Source: Hormiphora californensis (Eukaryota > Animalia > Ctenophora). From it: 64,000 bases of DNA. The stretch lies in assembly GCA_020137815.1 (NCBI GenBank), contig CM035361.1:6386001-6450000 (forward strand), written 5' to 3'. Below, piece after piece: positions 50,801-63,678 of this stretch (positions within the stretch are counted from its first letter, which is position 1; each line of letters starts with the position of its first letter). A model generated the notes under the pieces. It saw only the letters and a program-made list of their open reading frames with translations, was not told where the DNA came from and ran no database searches. The translations under genes were made by a program, and so were the position numbers.

Positions 50801-53800
50801 TGGCGAAGATGGGTTATTGTTTTTCGCAATTACAGCAAAAACGGTTGAAGTAGGAGCAAAATGTCTCTCAGAAGACCCCCCCAAAATCGGACCTTCTGAA
50901 TCGTTTAAGCATAGTCTCAGGTCTCTACGATCAGCCGTTTTTGAGATACAGGGAATTTATTTATTTCTGAAATGACGGCTTTCACAAAAAAAACTCCGTA
51001 CAGCTTATCTCAAATAAGGACACGCCCAAAATTTATGGCCACTTAGATAATCGTTAGACGCAACTTTTCACCAATTTACAGCTTTCACATGTTTTCGGAA
51101 CTTTGCCAAATAGGGCGTTAAAGTGGAAAAAAAGAAATCCATCTCAGGACCGGAAATCAGCTCGGATTGCAAAAAAAAATTTTGTGGTTATTCACCTTCA
51201 TGTCCTCTTCAAATCCCCAAATTTTCATGCTCCTATCTTTGAAAAAAAATTTTTGAGATGCCAAAAACTTATTTTCAGTTCATTTTTCAAGCAGCTGTAG
51301 CAAAAATATGAATTCGACTTGAGAGCTCAAATTGCATATTTGAGGTCTCCTTGGCATGGCCTACAACCCTACGGTGAGAGATTTCCCTGCACTCGAAAAA
51401 TTTTTTTGGTTAGCGTACCCTTAACAACAACCAACAATACTACTTTTATGGGTAAGATTAACAACAACCAACAATACTACTTTTATGGGTAAGATTAACA
51501 ACAACCAACAATACTACTTTTATGGGTAAGATTAACAACAACCAACAATACTACTTTTATGGGTAAGCACGGTGCTCCTGAAGGACGTTCAACCTCGACC
51601 TCGAGCTAAACCATCGGTTGTACGATTAACATTAAATGAAATGTGTATTGTCCATAATCAGCGAATTCAATACACCTGAGAGATATACACGTATATAGAC
51701 CCCGCTGGCTTGAATAGACGCACGGCGCGCTCAAACAATTTGCACTGGTCTATTGGGCCGTGCACTGCCGTGAGTTTGTGTCTCGATAGACGCACGCCCT
51801 CTGACAGATGTGTGTAAAGATCACAAAGAATCACTGAAAACACGATAAAATGACTTGGTAACACAAGAGGGAGTGTGTGTACAACCTACAACGCTCTCTG
51901 TCTAAATTTGGCGCCCGCCAGTCTGTTGCAACTGTTGCTCATGACCCACAATTAACTGTAATCTCTCTCTGCATTCCACCCTTTGAAACTGTTACGACGA
52001 TTGTTACGAGTGTGTAGGAATGTAGAGAGGCACTCTGTAGCTTCATTTCCAACCGTTTGACCCGTTTTGTGTGAGCTCTCTGTGTGTCAACCACCTAACT
52101 TGTGCTTGTTTTGCTTCTAGGTGTCCGCCAGCGGGGTCTATAGAACACAACTCCCTCCCTAACGTGCAGATATACCTGTAAACCCCTCGCTGACGCTCGG
52201 GATTTACAGGGCTGTAACGCACGGGTCCCTTCGGGACCCGTGCATTACAGCTCAATAGACGCACTGCTCTGCAGTGCGTCTATTGAATAGATGCACGCGC
52301 GGGAGGGAGTTATGTACTATATAACTGTGTGTTATCAAAGAAAAGGAACTGATGCATGGTTTCAAACGACAAACGTTGAAGATGTATTACTCGTTCAAGT
52401 GACAGTTACCCGACAGTTTCATTTTTATTTAATTCACTGATTTTCACTTTTATCTCAGGTCGTATGATGCCATTTATGGAAATGAGGTGACAATAAAGCA
52501 GTCCTCATCATCATCAACAGTTTCCCTTACAGAGGTGGAGGTGTACGGGACTTTAGGTGAGAGAAAACAACATTGAATTATCAAAACTTATAATAATCAT
52601 TGATCTTGAACAACATGGTAACCACCATCCATTGTAATAACAACATGATAACAACATGATAACAACATGGTAACCATGGTAACAACATGGTAACCATGGT
52701 AACAACATGGTAACAACATGGTAACAAGATGGTAACCATGGTAACAACATGGTAACAACATGGTAACATCCTGCAGATTGGGCATCCCTGGGGCTTCACG
52801 AGTTTCGATGTTCCAAAGGTGGGGTGGAGGCAGACACAGCAGTTCTAACTCTGAAAGCAACCAATTGCCTCCATTTAGCAGAAGTGATGCCCATTGGATC
52901 TCTGCCAGGTAAATCATCGCCATGGTAACATGGTAACCATAGCAACATGGTAACATGGTAACCATAGCAACATCTCAAACTAGATCTTGGTGTTCAATAA
53001 CTCTTATAATTCTCAGAGCTGGCTGATAGATGTACAATGACAGGAGTTCAGATAGCTGGCACTGACAAGATCTCAAAACAGGATGCAAAACTCCCCTTCG
53101 CAACAGTGTACAACTATGCAGGGTTTTGCTTCGATGAGGAGACCTGTAGCGCAGCCTCAGCATGTAATAACTCCGTCACCATAGCAACTATATTGAGTTA
53201 CCATAGCAACTGTTGAGTCGCCTGAAACTGTATCCACACTAACCACGGTCCTTCCGCAGACGTGGAGTCGGATCAATCGTTGGAAGTATTCAACAAGGCA
53301 TCGGGTGGTGTGCGACAGAAGCACGCAACAAACTACTTTACTCACCTGTACCCAAATCAGGAGATGATCTCTCTTTATTCCCACTGTGTCCTCGAAACTA
53401 AGGGCAGGGTTAACTTGGCAGTTTTTAAACCCGTTACCATGTCTCAAGGTGTCAGTGCGGGAGAGGCAGTAGATAACCTAAGGTAGGGAAGGATCGAATC
53501 ATTCAGTTCAGCGGTATCTAAGCGACAGACTGCTCCTTTATTAAAAATTTCAATGGTGTGTTGTGACGAAATATTGGTGAACTGACGTAACTACGGCAGC
53601 CAAGAAGGAAATCGCGCGGCGCGCACAGCACACACAGAAGACATTAGAAACTTTCAATTCAACTTCCTACCCGCGCGTTCCAGACACGTCATTTTGGTCG
53701 AGGTGTCGTCATAATCATTCATGTTGCTATAGGGACACCTTCTATTTCTACAGAACTTTCTCTCAGATCTCCTGCTATCAGATCACATCAACCCTATTAG

Positions 53801-56800
53801 TTAACCTCATTAGTACCCCTGTCAGTGTCACATTTCTCATCAGCTCAGTGCTCACATGTCTTTGTGACATGTATTCCACACCCATTAAATTATGGGAGTG
53901 TCGAATGGAACTTTGATGGAAAACTCAAAGCCGGGCAACGTAGTACGCTAAACAGCCGGCTTTCTTCTTGGGAGCAGATGTTTAAACTCTGCTGGCAGTT
54001 AGTGATTATTTCGGAACATAATTTAGCAATTCAGTCTCCATAGTTACCGATTTAGTTGCCATGGCAACCATCAAATGTGGGAAAAAGAGGGCCACCCTTG
54101 CTATAAATCAAGGTTATAATGCTTGCCGATATCAAATGCTCCTTTATCAAAAACTCCATACTCCTTTATCAAACTTTATATTGCCAGGACTACATGTGTG
54201 ACGACGGATGCTGCAAAGAAACTCAACAAAGAATGGCTCACGATAGACCTGTTCAAGACTTACCCCATTGGAATGGTCAGAGTATTTAAAAAGGCAGGCG
54301 AGCATATCTTCTTACAGGGTAATTTGCGTCACGTGTTAGTTTTCTACTGAAACAACAAATCCAATTTTAAATCCAGAATATTCAAGATCTATAGGAGGTC
54401 TCCAACTGATGATTGCAGTAGCACACCATTGGTGATTGCAGTACACCAATTACCAGCTGATTGATATCAAAACATCTGTATCTTTATTACAACGAAATAA
54501 TGCAGCTGTATTTAGGACGCTTTATTACTATTTGTATCATCACTCCACATTTACTTGTATCACTTCCATCACTAATTCACATTTCCCAGGTGCAATTGTA
54601 CTAATTGATGGAGAGGAATGTGGAACAGTTGGGACACTCGAGTCCACCTCCTATGCGGATGTCCAGTGCAGCAAGACTCTATGGGGATCCCACGTGGTGA
54701 TCTATCTAACTACCAGTACTGCTGTCACGAAACTGAGTGTCTGTGAGGTGGAGGTTTATGAAGGTATATAATATCACGTGACATGCCCATATATGGTTGT
54801 ATACATTACAATTGCACTATCTCCCACTATGTAGCGTTGGATGTGAATTACTGTAGGGACCCCTCCCAAGAGGGACAACCTTGGTGCTACGTTGAGGGTG
54901 CTGCTGTAAGGGGGACGTGGGAGTTTTGTGCCGTTCCAATGTGCAGTAAGTGGTATCAATTAATATCAGGATATATATCTAATTAAAGTGCGTTTCAAAC
55001 GACTTGACCTGAGATTCCTGGAAATTCAGGATTTCCCCTTTGTAAATACACACGCAATGCGCCAAATTCCAAGAATTACGGGTCAAGTCGCTTGAAACGG
55101 ACTTTAATATCAGATTTCGGGATATGTCTAAATCTATTGAAATCAAGTAGATTTTTATCCTCGAGGTATCGCCCAAGCGGATTTCAAAATTGATTACTTG
55201 CAGATAACCTATAAGCTGCTAAATGTTCTCATTACAGATAACATGCTCCGTGTTACGTATGACTATGCGCCATATGGAGTTGGAAGAAACCTGAAACTCG
55301 TTACCTACACTGACCTGAACCAAGGCCTAGAGGACTGCCTGGGACATTTTGACTCGTGCTCAGGTAGTTACCATAGTTACCATAGTTACCATAGTTATCA
55401 TAGTTATCACTAGTAGGCCTAGAGGACTGCCTGGGACATTTTGACTCGTGCTCAGGTAGTTACCATAGTTACCATAGTTACCATAGTTACCACTAGTAGG
55501 CCTAGAGGACTGCCTGGGACACTTTGACTCGTGCTCAGGTAGTTACCATAGTTACCATAGTTACCATAGTTACCATAGTTACCACTAGTAGGCCTAGAGG
55601 ACTGCCTGGGACATTTTGACTCGTGCTCAGGTAATTACCATAGTTACCATAGTTACCATAGTTACCATAGTTACCATAGTTACCACTAGTAGGCCTAGAG
55701 GACTGCCTGGGACATTTTGACTCGTGCTCAGGTAGTTACCATAGTTACCATAGTTACCATAGTTACCACTAGTAGGCCTAGAGGACTGCCTGGGACATTT
55801 TGACTCGTGCTCAGGTAGTTACCATAGTTACCATAGTTACCATAGTTACCACTAGTAGGCCTAGAGGACTGCCTGGGACATTTTGACTCGTGCTCAGGTA
55901 GTTACCATAGTTACCATAGTTACCATAGTTACCATAGTTACCATAGTTACCACTAGTAGGCCTAGAGGACTGCCTGGGACATTTTGACTCGTGCTCAGGT
56001 AACTCGACATAAAACACATGCTGGGATGGTATAGTGGTGAGATGGTGCTTCGCTCGGTTGGGCGCCATACTGCTACAAGCCTGATCGGTCAACCGCCGCT
56101 GAGGTATTATTCACATTCATCCAAAAAACAACTTTTTACATGGCTACATTCTAGGTGTAGTAGAGAAGCTGGATAGTGCGGATAGTGTTTATAAATCCAT
56201 CTTCAAGGCGAGTGAATTCACAGCTAAGATGACTGGTGTGACTTCAAGTGATACCCCCTATTTTGGAACAGTGGGCTACAAAAAGGGGAGAAACACTCGT
56301 AAGTAACACAAGAACATCATGCATCCTACCACGATTTAGTTCAGCGATCGTATCGTTTAATTCTGCGATCTATTTGAACGTTCAGATATTACCCAAACAT
56401 TACAACAACAAACCCTGTTTTATTAATTAATATACACGACATTATGTTAATTTAATGTTCTATTCAGACGTGGGTCAAGGGTTCCTGGAGGTAGCCCCAC
56501 CCGGCCAGGACTGCAGCACCACCTGCTTGAAACAGAATTCAGAGTGTTATGAGGTGATCCAAGCTAGTATTGAGCTGTGGTATGCCTTTGATGAACAAGG
56601 TAACTGAAATACTGGTCCCTGATTGGCCAGTCAGGGAATACTGGTCCCTGATTGGCTGATCACCAGTCACGTGTTACCTAAATAGCGAGTTCTGATTGGT
56701 TGTTTACTTGTGTCGGATTGAATGCAGTCGACTGAGTGATACCTAATGATATAGAACTGACAGTGCTGAACTGTTGTTGAAGTAAAAATACTTGCTCGAC

Positions 56801-59800
56801 CCTTTACATTATATCTTTAAATCAAATCATTCCCTACAGGTCTCCAATGCAAGTCTCTAGTGGCCCTTTCTGCAAAGACTACTGGGGCCCCTTACTATCG
56901 ATACGCGGATGGCGCCTGTCTGGGGATCTTGGACCACCAGGAATCTTACTCCTGCGCTGATAAAGTTGATGAAGGAGCACGGATCTGCAATTGCAGGGGA
57001 ATAAAATGTAAAGAAACAAACTAACAAACCTTCTAATCTTCTATTCTAATCTTCAAATCTACCAATCAAATACAACGGTGGTCCATAAAGTTTGTTTCAT
57101 GGTGTCTCACGAGGATCATCATCTTAAAATATACTGAAATGTACTGATTTTAACCCCTCTCTAAGTCTAAAGTAACATCCTTCAGTTCGTAAGAGATACG
57201 ATGTATCCCAGCACGAGTTTAAAGTTGACGTCTACAACCCTGAGAGTGAAAGGTATATGATCGATGGAATAATCTCAATTCTAATTAGTTATTCTTATTG
57301 ATCTATCACTGCCTAATTTTTCACTTCAGTTGAAGGATCCTAGAATCCCACTCCCTCACAGGTTTTACCCCCTGAAGAAGCCCATGTTCTGGGGAGACAT
57401 CCTGTACTTGCTGATAGAAGAGGGTCTGGGAACTGACAAAACCAACCGGGTCACTCTGGGAGGCAGGTCTGCTGGGGAGGATGATAATCTCAAGATTGAG
57501 TTTACTAAAAACAAACTCTGGTTGAGGATCGGAGGTAAGATTGCAGGAACCGACCGAATCAGGAAATACTGGTCCCCATGATTGGCTGATAACCAGTCAC
57601 GTGACCTAAATAACGAGTTCTGATTGGTTGTTTACTTGTTTCGGTCGGTTCCTGATCGATATCTTTGACTGTGACAATCTTAGATTGTCACACTAGGTCA
57701 CAGCTTCAAAGATATCGATTTAACAGACACCGAATAACCAACCAACCCTTCTTGTGAAGAGTCGTAAACCAAGGTTTTACAACGAAATTCGCGAAATTGT
57801 TAGACCGAGATGGTCTAATATTGTACTAATTCATTGCAGGTCAGGCAGAGACAGGAAAAACTGGTCCCTGATTGGCTGATAACCAGTCACGTGACCTAAA
57901 TAAGGAGCTCTGATTGGTTGTTTACTAATTCCCTATATCATTTCAGGTCAGGCCGAGACAGTGTGTACTAGCGCCATCTCATGTGAGGATGCTGCAGGTT
58001 GTGGGGTCCTGGTCAGATTCCATTACGGAATGGTGGAACTACTCTACAATGCGTTAGTATAAACTCTAGTACTTTCTATATACTGCAGGGTGTCCCATAT
58101 ATAGTGGAACTACTCTACAACGCGTTAGTATTTGATTTGATTTGATAAGGTTTTAGTTTCCTCTAATGATTCACCCAAAAAGACCCAAAACATTGACATT
58201 TGACTTTATCATGTTGTTTAATTGGAAACTTTTTAAACTATTTGAATTGCTTAACACCACCCTCTCAAGTGAAAAGAAGGGTTACAACTTTTTAACTCAA
58301 TATTACTAAAAATCCTGTAATATTATCATCCTATTTCCCCTCAATATTACTACAAATCCTGTAATATTATCATCCTATTTCCCCTCAATATTACTACAAA
58401 TCCTGTAATATTATCATCCTATTTCCCCTCAATATAACTACCAGCCCCTGGTAATATTATCATCTCCTTTTCAGTGGTCCCGATGCTGCAACATCCTTGA
58501 CGAGGCTGAAGAACTGTACAATTGATTCAGAGTTTCACACAGTATGGAGGAGACTTCAGGACTCACAGTTTGTAAGTTTTAATCTCACAATGTAGCAACA
58601 AACAACGATTAACTGCAGACTCTTTGGGGGGAGGATAAATAAACCGAGGTTTGACTAAACCATAAAAACATGTATAATTCATACAACGAATCGTTTCAGA
58701 TATCATTCAAAGCTAATCAGGAGGGCCATATGAATCTAGTAAGGGCAGCAATAAAAGGTACGGTCTAGATAGATAGAACAGGTACGGTACATTAATTAAT
58801 TTAGAGGTAGTGTTATACACACCCTCGCCGGTGAGCATATCAGAACCGTATTAAAATGTAACAGAGGCATGACTAGATTCACCAAACGGTTTTAAGCCCA
58901 CTACCATTTACTTCTACGTGCTAGGTCACAGGTTCGGGCCTGGACTAGCGCAATGCTACCTAGACCGCCAAGCTATGATTGGTAGAGGCTCTTTTGAGAG
59001 TTTCGCAAAGACGGTGCATATCTAACCAATAAGGTTGCCTGCTTGGGGTGGCGCTCTAGCTACGCTGCAGAGAAATCTGTACCAAAAATGGACCGTCGCT
59101 GAACGCCATTCGTAATAGGAGATCATGGCACCACGGTATCGTTCCGACCCTACTACTTTTACTATAATATAATCCCAACTCTCAATATTATTTCAGCGAG
59201 CTATGATACGAGTCTAATGGCTCTTACACCCTTCGCAACCTCAAATTGGGCAAGCCTTGATTTCAGGTAATAGGCGTACAGTCGGACACTGATTTACCGG
59301 GCAAAACGCTTTCCCCCGAGCATCCCGGTAAATTGGGGTCCAACTGTATTTAATGTTGAATTATTTATTTCAATTTATTTTCTTTTGAAGTATATCATCA
59401 AGACGTGTATCAATATATTCAAAATTTATACCCACCACCAAAACTCTTCAGTGGGAAGTTGTGGTCAACTTCTGGACTTGGAGCCAAGGCCAACGCAACG
59501 GGATACTACTCTCCCTACCAAGCTACCCTGCTACATGATGGGGCACAATGTTAGTAACTTAATATACATGATGGGGCACAATGTTAGTAACTTAATATAC
59601 ATGATGGGGCACAATGTTAGTAACTTAGTATACATGATGGGGCACAATGTTAGTAACTTAGTATACATGATGGGGCACAATGTTAGTAACTTAGTATACA
59701 TGATGGGGCACAATGTTAGTAACTTAATATACATGATGGGGCACAATGTTAGTAACTTAGTATACATGATGGGGCACAATGTTAGTAACTTAATATACAT

Positions 59801-62800
59801 GATGGGGCACAATGTTAGTAACTTAATATACATGATGGGGCACAATGTTAGTAACTTAATATACATGATGGGGCACAATGTTAGTAACTTAATATACATG
59901 ATGGGGCACAATGTTAGTAACTTAATATACATGATGGGGCACAATGTTAGTAACTTAATATACATGATGGGGCACAATGTTAGTAACTTAATATACATGA
60001 TGGGGCACAATGTTAGTAACTTAATATACATGATGGGGCACAATGTTAGTAACTTAATATACATGATGGGGCACAATGTTAGTAACTTAATATACATGAT
60101 GGGGCACAATGTTAGTAACTTAATATACATGATGGGGCACAATGTTAGTAACTTAATATACATGATGGGGCACAATGTTAGTAACTTAATATACATGATG
60201 GGGCACAATGTTAGTAACTTAATATACATGATGGGGCACAATGTTAGTAACTTAATATACATGATGGGGCACAATGTTAGTAACTTAATATACATGATGG
60301 GGCACAATGTTAGTAACTTAATATACATGATGGGGCACAATGTTAGTAACTTAATATACATGATGGGGCACAATGTTAGTAACTTAATATACATGATGGG
60401 GCACAATGTTAGTAACTTAATATACATAATGATGGGGCACAATGTTAGTAACTTAATATACATGATGGGGCACAATGTTAGTAACTTAATATACATGATG
60501 GGGCACAATGTTAGTAACTTAATATACATGATGGGGCACAATGTTAGTAACTTAATATACATGATGGGGCACAATGTTAGTAACTTAATAAACATGATGG
60601 GGCACAATGTTAGTAACTTAATATACATGATGGGGCACAATGTTAGTAACTTAATATACATGATGGGGCACAATGTTAGTAACTTAATATATAAATATAC
60701 ATGATGGGGCACAATGTTAGTAACTTAATATACATGATGGGGCACAATGTTAGTAACTTAATATACATGATGGGGCACAATGTTAGTAACTTAATATACA
60801 TGATGGGGCACAATGTTAGTAACTTAATATACACGATGGGGCACAATGTTAGTAACTTAATATATGGGGCACAATGTTAGTAACTTAATATATATAATGA
60901 TGGGGCACAATGTTAGTAACTTAGTATACATGATGGGGCACAATGTTAGTAACTTAATATACATGATGGGGCACAATGTTAGTAACTTAATATGCATGAT
61001 GGGGCACAATGTTAGTAACTTAATATACATGATGGGGCACAATGTTAGTAACTTAATATACATGATGGGGCACAATGTTAGTAACTTAATATACATGATG
61101 GGGCACAATGTTAGTAACTTAATATATATGATGGGGCACAATGTTAGTAACTTAATATACATGATGGGGCACAATGTTAGTAACTTAATATACATGATGG
61201 GGCACAATGTTAGTAACTTAATATACATGATGGGGCACAATGTTAGTAACTTAATATACATGATGGGGCACAATGTTAGTAACTTAATATACATGATGGG
61301 GCACAATGTTAGTAACTTAATATACATGATGGGGCACAATGTTAGTAACTTAATATACATGATGGGGCACAATGTTAGTAACTTAATATATATAATGATG
61401 GGGCACAATGTTAGTAACTTAATATATATAATGATGGGGCACAATGTTAGTAACTTAATATACATGATGGGGCACAATGTTAGTAACTTAATATACATGA
61501 TGGGGCACAATGTTAGTAACTTAATATAAATGATGGGGCACAATGTTAGTAACTTAATATACATGATGGGGCACAATGTTAGTAACTTAATATACATGAT
61601 GGGGCACAATGTTAGTAACTTAATATACATGATGGGGCACAATGTTAGTAACTTAATATGCATGATGGGGCACAATGTTAGTAACTTAATATACATGATG
61701 GGGCACAATGTTAGTAACTTAATATACATGATGGGGCACAATGTTAGTAACTTAATATACATGATGGGGCACAATGTTAGTAACTTAATATACATGATGG
61801 GGCACAATGTTAGTAACTTAATATACATGATGGGGCACAATGTTAGTAACTTAATATACATGATGGGGCACAATGTTAGTAACTTAATATACATGATGGG
61901 GCACAATGTTAGTAACTTAATATACATGATGGGGCACAATGTTAGTAACTTAATATACATGATGGGGCACAATGTTAGTAACTTAATATACATGATGGGG
62001 CACAATGTTAGTAACTTAATATACATGATGGGGCACAATGTTAGTAACTTAATATACATGATGGGGCACAATGTTAGTAACTTAATATACATGATGGGGC
62101 ACAATGTTAGTAACTTAATATACATGATGGGGCACAATGTTAGTAACTTAATATACATGATGGGGCACAATGTTAGTAACTTAATATACATGATGGGGCA
62201 CAATGTTAGTAACTTAATATACATGATGGGGCACAATGTTAGTAACTTAATATACATGATGGGGCACAATGTTAGTAACTTAATATACATGATGGGGCAC
62301 AATGTTAGTAACTTAATATACATGATGGGGCACAATGTTAGTAACTTAATATACATGATGGGGCACAATGTTAGTAACTTAATATACATGATGGGGCACA
62401 ATGTTAGTAACTTAATATACATGATGGGGCACAATGTTAGTAACTTAATATACATGATGGGGCACAATGTTAGTAACTTAATATACATGATGGGGCACAA
62501 TGTTAGTAACTTAATATACATGATGGGGCACAATGTTAGTAACTTAATATACATGATGGGGCACAATGTTAGTAACTTAATATACATGATGGGGCACAAT
62601 GTTAGTAACTTAATATACATGATGGGGCACAATGTTAGTAACTTAATATACATGATGGGGCACAATGTTAGTAACTTAATATACATGATGGGGCACAATG
62701 TTAGTAACTTAATATACATGATGGGGCACAATGTTAGTAACTTAATATACATGATGGGGCACAATGTTAGTAACTTAATATACATGATGGGGCACAATGT

Positions 62801-63592
62801 TAGTAACTTAATATACATGATGGGGCACAATGTTAGTAACTTAATATACATGATGGGGCACAATGTTAGTAACTTAATATACATGATGGGGCACAATGTT
62901 AGTAACTTAATATACATGATGGGGCACAATGTTAGTAACTTAATATACATGATGGGCACAATGTAATTAAGATACATTGATGGGGCACAATGTTAGGTAA
63001 CTTAGTATAATAATTAATAACTAATAAAATTTTAATATCACGTATATATTATAATTATACTTAATTTATTTCATTAATATTTGATATTTTTATTAAATGG
63101 TCTCTATATTTTTAGACTGGTCCCTTAATAAACTTGCAAACACAATCGGACCTGGTTAGATATTTAGGGCAGCATCTATACCAGCGGGTGTAAGTTGATC
63201 TATCATGATGCTCATTAATACGAAGGAACATCATATCCTTGACTCTCATCATTCTACGATAGCTATGGCGAGCAGATCGAGAGAGCGATGCGATCGAGGA
63301 TGACGGTAGGCGCAGAGAGAGAGCGGAGAGGCAGCATCGCGAGGCGAGAGCGAAGAGAGAGCGCGAGAGAGAGAGAGAGAGAGAGACGAGAGAGGAGAGG
63401 AAGAGATCGAGGAAGAGGCGAGAGAGCAGAGAAGAGGAGAGAGAGACGGAAGATACTATCTGCTTACTATATCTCTATCGAGTCAGTAGAGCATCTAGTA
63501 CTCTTATAGATATAGACCTAAGCTACTCTCTTTTACTCTTCATCTCTTCGTTCTCTCTCTCTATCTCTTTATCTCTCTCTCTCGTCTCTCTC

Positions 63593-63678
<86 letters not shown>

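Noticed and set aside
50151-51300. Two near-identical 65-aa ORFs on opposite strands
   Set aside because: By-products of the Kolobok-like TIRs.
57186-57330. Phase conflict suggesting recoding or a gene boundary
   Set aside because: A 1-nt assembly error or a missed microexon explains it equally well; it cannot be resolved without cDNA.
59385-62977. Long ORFs (221-706 aa) of [11 protein letters not shown] / [11 protein letters not shown] repeats
   Set aside because: They are translations of a 33-bp satellite; the real exon is read in a different frame and ends at 59549.
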